Shown piece after piece: positions 1-13,090 of a stretch of 64,000 nt of DNA. Position 1 is the first letter of the stretch. Every line of letters starts with the position of its first letter. The position numbers were made by a program, and so were the translations under genes. Below the pieces are notes generated by a model. That model made no database searches. It worked only from the letters and a program-made list of their open reading frames with translations, and was not told the DNA's origin. Source of the DNA: Lingula anatina (lineage: Eukaryota > Animalia > Brachiopoda); the NCBI GenBank assembly GCA_051362555.1, contig CM120640.1:26274225-26338224 (forward strand), in the 5' to 3' direction.

Positions 1-59
1 ATTAGGCATATAGGTGCATGATTTCTCTTTTATCAATTTTTTTTTCCAAATTGGCGACA

Positions 60-650
60 CATAATGTAAACATAATGCAAGACTCTATTTCCTCCATCAA
101 CTGAAACGAGCTAAGCTTTACCAAAGTATTGTGCACTCAATTCTAGAATATGCCTGCCCTGTGTGGCATCCAGGACTAACTATAGAGCAATGCAAACTCT
201 AAGAGACTGACCAAACTCGTGCTTTGAAGATTATTTTCCCTGACCTATACTATGATGAAACCCTGAACCTGGCATATGTGTACTTTAGATAAACGAAGAG
301 ATCTGTGCAAAACTTTCTTTTACAAAATAACTGAATCCTCTGACAAACTGAATCACATCTTTATTGATCAATCCAATCGTCTCTTAAGATCAAACAATAG
401 TACCAAAGTGCCACAATTTAAGACCGACAGATTCTGATGCTCTTTTATTCCGTATGCACTTTTAAATTTCCAATAGTATTATGTTGTCTTTTATCCTAAG
501 TACAATAATTTTAAAGTTCAATTAGCAGTCTTTTAACTCAGTTTTATTCAAGCAAATATTCACTTTATTTTCATTATAATTTTCTTAACACTATGTACAA
601 CTTCAACCCACTGGGTTGCAATCTTAATAAATTATTATTATTATTATTAT
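60..650 (+). mobile_element. Degenerate 3' end of a non-LTR retrotransposon (CR1/L2-group LINE): RT C-terminal region, 3' UTR and (TTA)n tail
   Basis: Frameshifted translation gives RLYFLHQLKRA..ILEYACPVWHPGLT..QTRALKIIFPDL..VPQFKTDRF, typical of the post-RT region of CR1/L2-type LINEs; ends in AATAAA followed by (TTA)n at ~626-650. Confidence 0.8.
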
Positions 651-668
651 TTTGATTTGCTTTTTTAG

Positions 669-699
669 ACATAAAGGTTATGAGCAACTGTCAGTATGA
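669..699 (+). CDS. Possible terminal coding exon (..HKGYEQLSV*) of a gene upstream of the window
   Basis: Polypyrimidine+AG acceptor at 667-668; short frame ends in a GYxxL-type sorting motif; UTR-like sequence runs to an AATAAA cluster near 1760-1785. Frame cannot be confirmed without the upstream exon. Confidence 0.3.
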
Positions 700-1804
700 T
701 GTCCTGAAGAAGAGTTTTTTACATGGAAGAGGAACTCCATGGCTCTCCACCAAAAAAAGATGAACTTTTCTTGAGGGTCCAAAGCGGGGACGAGTTGGAT
801 AGTGAGAGACTTTTCCTGACTTTCGAGTGCTGCTTACAGGATATATTCAGTGAACTCATCTTGCCAATGTGACAAAGCATAATCTGCTGACTTCAAACCA
901 TCTAGCACTTACATGTATGCTATAATGCAGACAGATTGGAAATCAAGGTGGTCTTTCCTCCCAAACCTAAGTCATATGCCTGATATTGAGAATGAACCAT
1001 TTTGGTCCAGCATTTACTTCTTAAGTCTAAATGACATCAAATGTATTATGGAATATGGTACTGGTGGCATATTGTGATTTCAACTTGATTTTAAACCAGT
1101 GTGTTGTTAGATTTTGTAAGATCACCAGTTGCAGTTTTGTGACTTTGTTACAGCATAAAATTCTGTATTTGGCAAATGACTGCATGTCATTTCTTTTAAG
1201 ACCTACAAAAATGGTTTGAGTGAACACTTGTGCCTGTATTCAATTCTCCACTCAGCCATTATTTAGAATTCATGCAGGGAAGCTATGCCTGTATTTTTTA
1301 AAGAAATATTTATACCTTTCTATTTATAGAATATCTTACTGATGAAACAATTTATGTTTGTGTAAGTTGGGTTGGTCCTTTCTTATGACACATCCCTTTG
1401 CATGGAGACGGCTCACATGAGTCAATACACTGACAGAGAGGGGGATAATTTGTTGATCTGCAATCCTCATGGGTCTGCATGTACATCAGACTCTTAACAT
1501 GATAGCCTGGCTATTAATAAGTCTCTCTCAAAAATGTTATCATACTATAATGTGTACTGCACAATGTGAAAGTTTGTGAATGCTTGAATAGAAGGCTTAT
1601 TTATGAAGATGGCATTAATGAGTATGAAAATAATTATGCATTCTAGCTTACAGAATCTGTGTATGTCTTATTCATTACATGTGACAGGTAATAATAAAGA
1701 TGATTTGGCCAAATTCCAAACTTATGTAGCAAACTTTGTTTATTCTTGTATTTTTGCCAATAATAAATAAAAATATAAATAAAAGATGTTTCAATATTTA
1801 AACT

Positions 1805-3400
1805 TTTATTTCATTCATAATCTCTACCCAGTTAATGCTTCATTGATACTGCAGCTTATGCTTTGTACATAACAATTTGTTAATTAATAATAACAGTTGG
1901 ATAGTACATGTTAATTTACTAAAGGGCTAGTTCTTAGAAAAACATGTTCGACATTAAAATATATTCTAAAAAAGTTTTCAAGTATTGCATTAGAATTGAA
2001 TCTTTGGATGTACTTGACAAAATTATAAAATTATTGAAGAGTTGACAATGCACAGAAAATAAAAGCCTTGAGGCTGTCGCTGATCTCAGTCTTGTCACTT
2101 TAAATACATATACATGGGCATTATAATATAAAACTGTTCACTCGGTTTTGGTAAAAGGTGGTTGATCATGTGGTCATCGCTGCAAATTTTTGTAGCAGTC
2201 TTTTACACAACTTGTCACACCGACATTGAAGTGATGCAGTATTGTAAGATTGGAGTGCTTCCTGGTATGAGTTTTCCAGACATAACTTGAGGCACTGTAA
2301 TAGTAAAATTACATAAAATGGTTATAAAGAAAAAAATGTATTGATATTATCATAACAGCACTATTCTTTAACAAAAATCAACAAATTAGAGGGCATGATC
2401 ACTACATGATAACCAGCTTATTATAAAGAAGCAAGTCTGATTATGGCAAAAAAAAAAAAAAATTAAATTTAAATATCTGCAGCTGCATTAAATCATAAAG
2501 GCCACAAGAAGAAATAACATAATCACACATGGTTTCAAAGAACTGATGTAAAAAAATCACACTAATATTCCCCACTTGGAATTAGAATTTTGACTAGCTA
2601 ATTTACTACAGTAAAGTGCTAAACCGTACCAAATGGCACTGTTCACCCTCTAAAATACCAAAGTTTTAAGCAGGCCCAGGACCCCACGCCAACTAGGGGG
2701 GGTCGGCTTTGCATCCGCGGACCCCCCCCCCCCCCTTTCAAATAATCCTGGATCCGCCCATGTTATACTGCTAAAATTATTAACATACCTGATCTCTTCA
2801 CTCGTGCTTGAAGGGGTGTATCACCCAATTCCTCCTCTGAAAGGCTAAAAAATCATTCCTTATAATCATATTCATTGACAATATTATTAAATTTACAAAT
2901 AAGCTAACGTAGTTACGTGCCGTACAAAGAACACCCTCTAACACCACTAGTACTCGAGTTACATTGTATATCTCATGGGATTCCCCTGCGAGAATATGGT
3001 GTGAGGTTAGTCTGTAAGTACTGGTAGATGACCACATTGAGCAGAAAAGGGTATTCCTCCTGCTTTACAGAACTATACACCTCAGGGGTAAAGTGCACTA
3101 TCTCGCTTCATATAACTAGTAGTACGTACCCAGTGCGAGTGATTTGGCTGCGAGTGCGTTACCCGAGGAAACGTTAATTATTAGCAGTTATCTACGCTTT
3201 TTAACTTCCTCTGCCAGACATTTTGATTTCCATTGCCATCTTCCCATTTTAAAGTACTTTTGGTAAATATAACTCGCTTACCTGCAAAGATTCGGTGAGC
3301 AATTCCTCTTCTCCTTCACGTCCACGCTCACCTTCGAAACGACATGCTGTCTGCATTGTTTACATCTCGTATCGGAGTCGAGAAGCCGCGTTATTTCAAA
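1805..3400 (-). ncRNA. Short spliced transcript divergent from NUDT6; snoRNA-host-like lncRNA
   Basis: Canonical minus-strand splice sites: exon 1 ends 3282 (CAG|GTAAGC), exon 2 2836-2789 (TTTCAG| ... CAG|GTATGT), exon 3 starts 2294 (TTACAG|), AATAAA at 1810-1805. CpG-rich 5' region with YY1-like GCCATCTT motifs. The ORF from the first ATG (3356) is only 37 aa. Confidence 0.55.
2962..3110 (-). ncRNA. Candidate intronic H/ACA-like snoRNA
   Basis: Lies in intron 1 of the transcript above. H-box-like AGACTA at 3013-3008; 3' hairpin CTCA/TGAG with an internal loop and ATTCTC/GGGAAT upper stem; ACA box 3 nt from the end (2967-2965); flanking complementary intron sequences. Confidence 0.4.
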
Positions 3401-4100
3401 CTGTGTCAAGATGGCTGACGCCCGGGGTTCGAAAGTGGACGGTGAATATGATTCTTTTTTTCGATATTGATTAAGGCCATTTACCTGCCATTTTATGCTT
3501 TACCCATAGCAATTGTTCTCAGATAAGTTAAAAAAGAAGCAATCCATGCACTAAAAAGGCGTTTTTAATCCTATTTTTTGTCCCTTTAAGTTATCAATCT
3601 ATCAAAATGTTGCAATGCAGATTTTGAGAAAACTATGCTGCACAATGTGAAAGAGCGCCTTTGTGAAGACTGCAGTTCTCCAGGCTTGTGGTTGATATTG
3701 ACAAGGAGCTTGTTAAAACTCCCTGATATTGATAAAAACCAAAAATCGTGGAGATTATATCTTCAATTCTATAAACTGTATCAGATACTTATGTCTTCCT
3801 ATAAAATATTGGGGAATTATCATGATACATACCATGTACAACAAGTAAGTAGACATCATAAGTATGTTTTTGAAAATGCTCTTTTAATGCAAAAAATATT
3901 GCACAGAAAAGAACAGCCTCCTCTCTCATAATGCCAAATTCTCCCCTCTCTGCAGGATCTTATGAATGGTTCATTTTTCAATTGCCCTATAAATGAGAAA
4001 GTGAATTATTTTACACATGAATAAGTTTTAACAAATACTATAATTTTATACTTAACAAGTTTAGTTCATGCATGATGCATTGTGTGTGGACAGTGCCACT

Positions 4101-4164
4101 GGGTGTGACTGAAATGCGCAATACACTGCAATATAGCGCAACACAGCGCAATACAGTCACACCG
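4101..4164. mobile_element. 64-bp Mutator-like miniature element in the bidirectional promoter region
   Basis: 10-bp TIR GGTGTGACTG/CAGTCACACC, internal ~10-bp tandem subrepeats, perfect 10-bp TSD CAGTGCCACT (4091-4100, 4165-4174). Confidence 0.7.
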
Positions 4165-4644
4165 CAGTGCCACTTACTGTAGCGCAGTTTTCATCTGAGC
4201 CGAACCTAGAAAGGTCTTAAAATGAGTCAAAGATGAGTTTCGACTTTAACTAAACCGAATTAAGTGTTTTACCTTTGCAGTGTATGATTAACCTCTGAAA
4301 AAAAGCACCATCTTTTTCTTGCGTTACTCTCTACATTCTAGCAAGGAGTTCTGTAAAAAAGCTAAAGCTAAGACTGTCTGCCGGATGTGGAAATCGCAGT
4401 TACAGAGCGATACTGCACATGTAAAATAGTTTCTACGAAATTTAGAAACCTTATTTGAAGAAACTGTAAATTTTAGCATTATAATCTTAATTTATTATGA
4501 TTTAAATCTATTATTTATGGTTATTTATCAATAATTCAACCGATAATTCGGAAGGTGTAACTGAAATTGCGAAAATATCATAACTCTGTCTTTGTTTTTG
4601 CTGGGTACGAAGAGCAGCCGACACACAGCGGTAGGACGGCAATT

Positions 4645-7600
4645 ATGGCAGACTATCATCCAAACACACTTCCTGCAAAGAGAGATAGGTAGGTTTGACG
4701 GTATGTAAGTTCAGAGTAACCTTTTTAAACAAAAACTGATGAAAATGTTTACGACTCTTTCGGACCAATGAACCTTTGGACAATCGAGACGTACATCTGT
4801 AGACCTACCCTACTTCAGTTTAAAGAACCCATCAGTTAATTACATGTACATGAGGTACAGTAGTGTAGGGCCTTGCAGCTTGATAACGTTTTTATTCTAT
4901 TAATTCCATTTATGCAGTAGTGCTACCACTGTTTTTAGTATTGAAAAGGGCTTGTATTCCACGACTTTTGTCCATGTCCACGTCCTTCAGTTTTATATCC
5001 AAAAATTATGTCAAAGATTATTTCAAATCTAATATTTTTACCCTGAAAATAGACAAAAAATTTCTGAAGCTGTGATGTGGAGAACACCCGTTTTGCACAT
5101 TATTTTATTTTTTGTATTCAAGTGTAACGTTGTGGTAGCACATCAATTGTGTTTAATCAAAATTAAAAGTACTTTGACATACTATATTAAGTTAAAAGAA
5201 CCTAGGTTAAAAGAATGTGTTAATATGCAGTATTTCAATTTCAAATTTCAAACAAATGATTATGGTATGAATATTTATATTCTATTTATTTATTTGTTTT
5301 TATTTTAGATATGATGGAGTGATCATCGATATAAACAAGCAAACATATGAAACTGAGGAGGACTTTGAAAAAAAATTAGTCAGTATGTACTGTACGGTAA
5401 AGCAAAAAAAAAAAAAAATGATTTGCAATAATAAATTAGGCCACACTTTTTTATTTTTATGGATGACATCCTGCGCGCGCACCGATTTTCGCCCGTTCTC
5501 CAAAAAAAAAAAAAAATCCAGCCCCCAACGAAGTCGGTTGTCGCAAAAGTCGTTATTGAATTTGCCAGGATATGAGCTTTCTGCGCATACGTATTATCTC
5601 CACATGGAAATGTGGCCGCTTTGCCGTCATATTTATCTCTAGGATTACTTTCAAATTACACAACAATAAAAGTCATAAAGAGAACGGGCGCCGTCGTTTT
5701 GGATTGGTATGCCATTGATATTGGGCATGGAGATATCACCTTTTTACAATTGTGCTAAAGACTGGCGGTGGCCAGCAATTATCGCCCGAAAAATTTCTGT
5801 GACATTCTGTACAAAGCAGCACATTTTTACCAGGTTTTCTGTAGCGAAAAAAGGGTCGACAAGGGCGTTGAGGTATTTGGTGGGCTGAAGGTCGGACAGG
5901 CCACCTGAAAGTTTGGCTGCTTCGTGTGAGTTGAAGTAGACAAAATGGCATCATCCGAAATGACCTTTAATAGATTTGATAGTATTAAGCATATCTTTGC
6001 ATCATTTTTTAAACATTTCTGTGAAGTGTTCAAAATGCTTTAATATTCTGAGAATACAAATAAAGACACACTGTTTGATTGATATTTGTTTTATTGATTG
6101 CTATACCAACTAAATGCATGAAATAACCTTAAATAGATTTGGTAATATGAAGTATACACATGTATCTATTCATGACTTTTTTTTTTTACATTTCTACATA
6201 GTATTCACAATGCTTTAATATTTTGAGAGCATGGATAAAGACATATTGTTAGTTTGATACGTGTTTCTGTGGTAAAATTTGTGTTTCCAGCTGTGTACTG
6301 ACAGCATTCCTTTACTTAAGAATTTTTTTTTTTTTTTGGACTGTTTTTTTTTTTTTTTTTGCCCTCTCGCACCGATTTTCGGGTACACAGAGGATGTCAT
6401 CCATAAAAATAAAAAAGTGTGGCCTTACTAGTATAACCCTCTTGCTTATGTTTTAATTGACAGACACAGTATGTCGGGAGACTTGTTTTACTTTGCTGAA
6501 TGTTCATAACTTCACTGATAGCATTTGGAATTAGCATTCTTGCAAAGGAATGTTTATAGAAATGCCTGATTTACTTACAGATATTTCACATAAGATGATG
6601 TTATATAAGTATGCTATTGAAAAATATTAATGAATGTGAACTGATTTTTTGGTCAGATTCTTTGTGTAGTTGGTCAAAGGAGGCTGTTCGGGGTGTGTGG
6701 GTGAAAATACCCCTAGATATGGCAACACTGGTGCCAATATGTGCAAAGGTAAGAGCATAAACTTACATTACATTATATATGATTTATGAACCTCTACAGT
6801 TCATGCATTATTTTGCACTCTGTATTATAATTGCTAAAGAATTTTGAGAGATAATAACAATCAGTTTGTTTCAAGTTGGCAGAGTGAGGCTCATTTTCAG
6901 AGGGGCTGGGTGGGTGGAGGGTTTGAATTGTACATATGAGTACCTTTGAGTTGGAACACACCTAAAACAACCCACTATGTGACCAGTGAAAATGCAGCAT
7001 AAGAAATATAGACCAGATCTTGTCTTGTCTTATATCTTGATTGTCTTATTTTTTTGGCTGGATATTTTCCCCTTTTCACTTCTGAAAAATTAGAATGAAT
7101 CCCACAGGTTGAGGGGTTATTGTCCCAGATGTGTTTGTAAATACTGTTGAAATATTTACTCTTCAGTTAATTTCAAGATGTATGTCATATTACTGACCTG
7201 TTTTTATGCATATAAGTTGTTAAATGCCATGCATTCCGTACTCATGGAAAACCAAAATTGACTACTTATAAAATTTCTTAGTGTGTGTCTTTACTCTAGC
7301 TTCCTCTTTCCACTTTGCATAGCATTTACTGGTGCTCAAATTGAACATAATCTCCTGTGTATTCCAGTTTTTTGTAAATTATTGATTTTATTTTTTGTAG
7401 CATAAATTTGTGTACAACCATGCTAAACCTTCTTATGTCATGATGACTAGGTGGCTACCTCAAGATGAAGAAAACTGCATTCCACCATATGCAAACCAGT
7501 ATTTAGGTAATGCAAAGTTTTACCAAATAAAATGCCTTTGTTCTTGTATGTATGTCTTGATTTTTCTTTTGCAGAAAAAATTCTTATGTAAATTGTTTAT

Positions 7601-9045
7601 GCAAAACAGCCTTTTTTCTATAGTAAAAAGGAAAGTAAATTATAGAATAATTACCAAATTGTATATCTCATGTTTACCATGCTTGAACCCCATTGACTGA
7701 AGTAGAGACCATTAACTATAAGATTTTGGCTGTAGTAATTTGGATGAAAGGAAAAGGTGAAATTACATTTGGCATCAATGTTTCATAAGAATAGGCAAAA
7801 TTTGATGTTTTGTGTCATTAATGAGAACCAATTCTTTTAAATTAAATATTGATTTTATTAAAAATTTTGATATACCTCAGTACTGTTATTTATGTGGCAC
7901 AATATTTTCAGTTTCATCTACTTTCAAACAGGTTGTGCTGGGTTTGTTGTAAACTCTGAAAAGAAATTACTGGTAATACAGGAAAAGTACCATGTTCAAA
8001 AAACGTGGAAGTTACCTGGTGGAATGGCTGATACAGGTATGGGCGCATATAGCATACAGATTTGGTTAGTACTAAGAATTGAAGTTACATTGTGTTCATA
8101 TCTATGTGGTATTTTATGACCCTGAACAATTTTATTGTGCTTGATGTGATATTAAAATACCAACCATTCTAGATTAAATCATCAACAATGTTAGAAAGAT
8201 ATTTCTTTTCCAAAACAATGAATATATGTTTGTCTGAAGACAAGACTTAAAATATATGCTAAAAGCTTTTTTATCCTACATGTTTTTTAAAGGAGTTGCA
8301 AAATAAGCATCTAAATTGGCCACTGACTGAAACCTTATTTAAAAGATGAAATATTCAAAATTTGCCTGTGAAATTTTATGAAAAAAGCATATATGTGTGT
8401 TCCATAGATGTCATAAAATTAAACATTCCATGCACCTACTAGGTGAAGACATTGGTGAAGCAGCAGAGAGGGAAGTGTTTGAAGAAACTGGGGTACGCTG
8501 TAAATTTCAGTCAATAATTTGTTTCCGACATCAACACAAGTTTCGTCATGGATTGGATGACTTCTACTTTATCTGCCTAATGGTGCCTTTGTCAAAGGAA
8601 ATAACCAAGTGTGACAGGGAAATTTCTGCCTGCTGTTGGATGGATGTAAGTGGCACAGCTTTGCAGTATTTTTTTGCACATTTAAGAGGTGAGAAATGTA
8701 AACATAAACTAGAATGGAGTACAGATTTGAAATTTGGAGTTTACAGGTTTCAACATTTGTAGAGGAGAGAAAATGGTGTATGCTTTAGTCAGGATAATAT
8801 TACCTGTTTATGATTTGTTTTGGCATTTCCAGTTAGATGAATATATCAACCATCCAGATGTAAGCCATACCAACAAAAGGTTTGCCCAATGCTACCTAGA
8901 TATGATAGACAGGAAAGAAAAGCTATCAATACAACCAACTGTTGTTCCACATTTCTCAGGAACCAAGAATGACTTGCTTTATAGTATGCTACCGTTTCCT
9001 GACACTAGTAGTAGCAGTAGTAGTAGCCAAGAACAAAAACAGTGA
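4645..9045 (+). CDS. NUDT6: Nudix hydrolase 6-like, complete, 278 aa
   Basis: Exons 4645-4688, 5309-5382, 6657-6748, 7401-7506, 7932-8036, 8443-8645, 8833-9045; all GT-AG and phase-consistent (837 nt). N-domain RDRYDGV..RGVWVKIP..YNHAKPSYVMMTRWLP..IPPYANQYLG; intact Nudix box GGMADTGEDIGEAAEREVFEETGV. Confidence 0.93.
5439..6424. mobile_element. Non-autonomous PIF/Harbinger-like DNA transposon (986 bp) in NUDT6 intron 2
   Basis: Perfect 34-bp TIR GGCCACACTTTTTTATTTTTATGGATGACATCCT (5439-5472 / 6391-6424); TTA TSD on both sides; subterminal GCACCGATTTTCG near both ends; no transposase ORF. Confidence 0.85.
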
Positions 9046-11837
9046 AGAAAAGAGGCGAATGGAGAGGTACAGACCAACTTATAAGTGTATGTTGATGTAC
9101 CACCAGCCATTTCCATGTATTTAAAGACATTTTATGAAGGCATGTATTCAGAAAAGCTTATTGAAGCATATTCCCATTGAAATAATATCTTAATTTAGGC
9201 CAAGTCATATTAGCACAACTGCATTGTATTTCAAACATATTTCCTTGCTCCAAAATTACTCGGATGTCATTTTTATCACAAATAACTTTGTGTTCCACTT
9301 TCCTGGTATCAAGTCAGCTGTGTGATTGGGAAGATGTTGCACTGCAGTAGGAAAGTATATCCAAACTGATGAGAAAAGCAGCTGTTTGTATTCAGATCAT
9401 TTAGAAAAAGAAAATTTGGTGACTTCTTGGCTTCTCTCTCCTCAAGGTCTTATTCATTGGCACTTCCAACACCTTCCCTAAACAAAAGCAGTGTTGACAT
9501 TTTTCTTAGTCATTCATTTATCATTTATTTTATTTTCTTGTCACTGTATTTCTGTGCATGTCACCTTTTGTTTGAGGGGTCCTTGGATTGCTTCTTGACC
9601 AAATGAGACTGATACCCTCTTCAGCGAGGTTATACATTTTGCTGTGGCATCTTGTTTAGCATGTAACCAACCCCTGCTCTGAAGTAACATGCTCATCCTC
9701 AAGTCTCTCCAAGAAATAAAATGCAAATGAAAATTTAATCTTTATATTATGCTCAAAAATGGGAAATTACATCTGTAAGAGTTATTCCATGGTTTATGGT
9801 AACTGTCAGTCAATTTACTAAATAAACCATCAAAACAAAGTTTATAGATAATGTTCGGCCTACTCATGCTTCAACAACACACAGAAAACTGAACTTTCTA
9901 GTCAGTGATGATGAGACAACATAATTGTTGAGTGGGGACTTTTCTGTTATTTTTAAAAACACTGACTTATTTTTAATCAGGACTGGTGGTCTGCATCTCT
10001 TGCTCTGTGGTATTTGACTGATGGTAACTTGGCTTCCGTTGGGAGGACTGCTTGACTGGAGTTCAGCATTCGGTGGAGGTTCGCCATTATGGTCTTTTTT
10101 CTTTTAGAACTACCAGTAGATGGGGCATTTGTAGGTGTTGACTCTGCCATATGCTGTTACTCCATGTTTACTCCGTGAAGGCTAAAAGGGAATACATGTC
10201 TCTCAGAAGAGAGTTTTTAATATAACAACCACGTCTAAAAAACTGTATTTATCTGTCACCTCATTCATTTATTCTGAATATTGTGTCACAAGCATTCACT
10301 TGAAGATTTTAGCATCTTTTACATAAAAATCATTTTCTAATCAGTGTATATAATGTACTGGCAAGGATATGGACTTGTATACATTCATACCCATATTAAT
10401 TGTCTTGTTTTAAGCAGTGCCTTCCCTGTTAAAAAGGAGTTACATGGGTTGGGATTACAATCAGGCAGCCAAGTAATTATCATTATAAAACATACTCTTA
10501 AGTAACATTTTAAGGTGACATTATACATTATGCAATTTTATGCATATTTATGTGAATTATGAGTTTAGATTTTTTTTTTTTTTTGACAATTTCTATATTT
10601 TAAAGATATATTATACAATTAGTGACTTTGACTGAGGCCATTATGTTGTTTTGCTGACCTCAGAAAAGTGATATGGACCAAGGTGCTTTCCTGGAAAGTA
10701 CTCAGCATGATGATGTGTTGCTATTTTGAGGAACTTGACAAACCAGGTCACAGGACATTTCATAATGTCTGAAAAGTAAACCAATACAATATAAGGTGAA
10801 TGCCAATTATAATATTATATAATGATGTATAATAATTTTAAAAAGCAATACAGTGAAAAGATATTTGAAGTTGTGATTCTAATATTAAAGCATTAAATAT
10901 ATTTACTTGTAACATTTTACATGGTGAATGAATAAAATAATTGCCTACATTGTATGCCTTGCATTCTTGATGTGTTACCCACATTTGTATGTTGGTGCTA
11001 AATGCTTAGACCCAGAAGTATTGCAAAATAGCCAAATATTCTTTCAAAGGAAGAAAATAAAGGGAAAATTTGTGTTATTTTCTGTATTCAAAGCATTGAA
11101 AGTTGTTTTCTGAAGATATGTATTTAAAATTTTTATTCCACAAGAAGCATTGGTATATGTTCAATTCAATATTTATATGGAAATTTATGTATGTATAATT
11201 ATGGTGATCATCCATCATTACTACCCAGCACTGTAACAATGCAGGGAAGCAATGCTGGGGGAGGGAGGCATACTGATATGCGTAATGCCATGATTTTAGT
11301 AACAGGTAGTTATTATCAGGGAAGTAATGACGATCCCTTACCATTAGCAATGAAAAACTCAGGGAGTTAGTGAATACCTTTACATTGTACAGTAGTATCA
11401 CTTGAGCAAAACCACTCACAGTGCATGTGATAGTTTTTTGAAATGCAATATTGAATGATACATATAACAATCATCTGACATGGATATTAAAATTTTGATT
11501 TGAAGAAACTGCTTCATGTCATGCTCTATGTTGAACTCTTTGTTAAACTGGGATATTTCAATTTCTGCACAAAGAGCAGTCATTTGTGTGGTACCTGGAC
11601 TATGCACAATGTTCCATTCTTGCCTTCTAAGCAAGTCTGCACAATAAATTGCATACCTGCTGGTAGAGTTCACACTTTCAAGTCGTACGTGACTTCTATC
11701 ATTGATGATGAGAATTTTAAAACGTTGACCAACTCTAAGAATTTTAAAAACCATCCACCTCTAAAATAGGCAGTCTTCTACTTGAATAGACCATCCAAAG
11801 GAGGACTGGATGGCTCACCTTTGATCAGAATGAAATT

Positions 11838-13090
11838 AACAAGGCAGCAAAGCTGTCAAATGTACAGACAAAAAACAGAAAATAAAGATGCAAAATAGGT
11901 CATTTTGTCAATTTTGATGCAATAATAAATAATGCTTATAATAGCACTGTCAGTCAACACTGAATTTTAATCATGCACAACAGGTAACATGGTCAATAAC
12001 AGGAGTGGACCCAGAGATATTGCAAAATTTACCTGCATAATTATCACTGCTTCCTTATTATTAATCTAGCAGACTGGCTTAATCTTTGGGAGTTTACAGG
12101 GAAATATCAACAACTGTGCTTTATGTAATCTCATTTAATAACCTATTAATTAGGCAAATGACTTTATAACTCTGAACTTAGCTTAGTGATACCCAAGGGA
12201 AATTTACAGACTGACCCTCTCAAAGGTCTTTCAGGCCCATAAGTCACATCTGAAGAAAAGCACAAAGTAATAATGCACAAAATAGGATGCTGTCAATTCT
12301 GATGCAATAATATATTACGCTTAACTGCAAAGTCAACATCAAATTTAAATTATGCAAAACAGGTAATACCGATGAAAGTAAAAGCAGGCCCATGAGAGTT
12401 CAAGTTCATACTTAGAAAATGCCAGAATGAGAAAAATGAGAATTTCACAAAAAGTTGCATAATTCAATATAAAATGATAATCCAATAGAGCTGGTTTTCT
12501 TATTTAAGCTGTATGTCAATCCTAAGAATCATTCTTTTACGCTAAAAAAAATAATAAGTAACACAGTTTGCTTTTTATCATAACGTTTGTGATGACAGTG
12601 CACGAAGTTGGCTTTTTGTCAATTTTGATGCAATATTACATAATGATTAACTATGATTACCACCATTTATTTTCATTAATAACGTGGTCATTTAGAAAAT
12701 TTGATTACCACTGGGCTTCATGACCATGGGAGTTCCAAATCCCACATTGAAAATGCCAATATATGAAAGAAAACAACTTCACAAACATGTACAACAGAAA
12801 AAGAAACCAATTAGATTGCTTTTCCAACACAGGCTGCATTTTAGAACTGTGTTTCTTTCCTGTAAGTTTTAGGAAGAGTAAGTAACATGGTTTTTCTTTA
12901 ATGGTCACTATAAAAGCAGTGTCCAAAATAGAGGTTTCTTCATTTTCGTTGCAATATTACATAATGCATAATGACCATCAATTTTAATAATGAAATAAAA
13001 TTATCATGGATATTCAGACTAGCAAAGGTCTTCAAACCCATGGAAGTTCAAAGTCACACCTTGAAAATGTCGATATGTGAAAAATTTAAG
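11838..13090 (-). mobile_element. HINE (Helentron-associated) 3' terminus plus internal repeat block
   Basis: AACAAGGCAGC-AAA-GCTGTC hairpin and subTIR ATGTACAGAC at ~11838-11872; 12023-13090 is homologous to 31826-32900. Confidence 0.7.

Noticed and set aside
11416-11769. Overlapping 89-112 aa ORFs
   Set aside because: No recognisable motif or convincing splice context.
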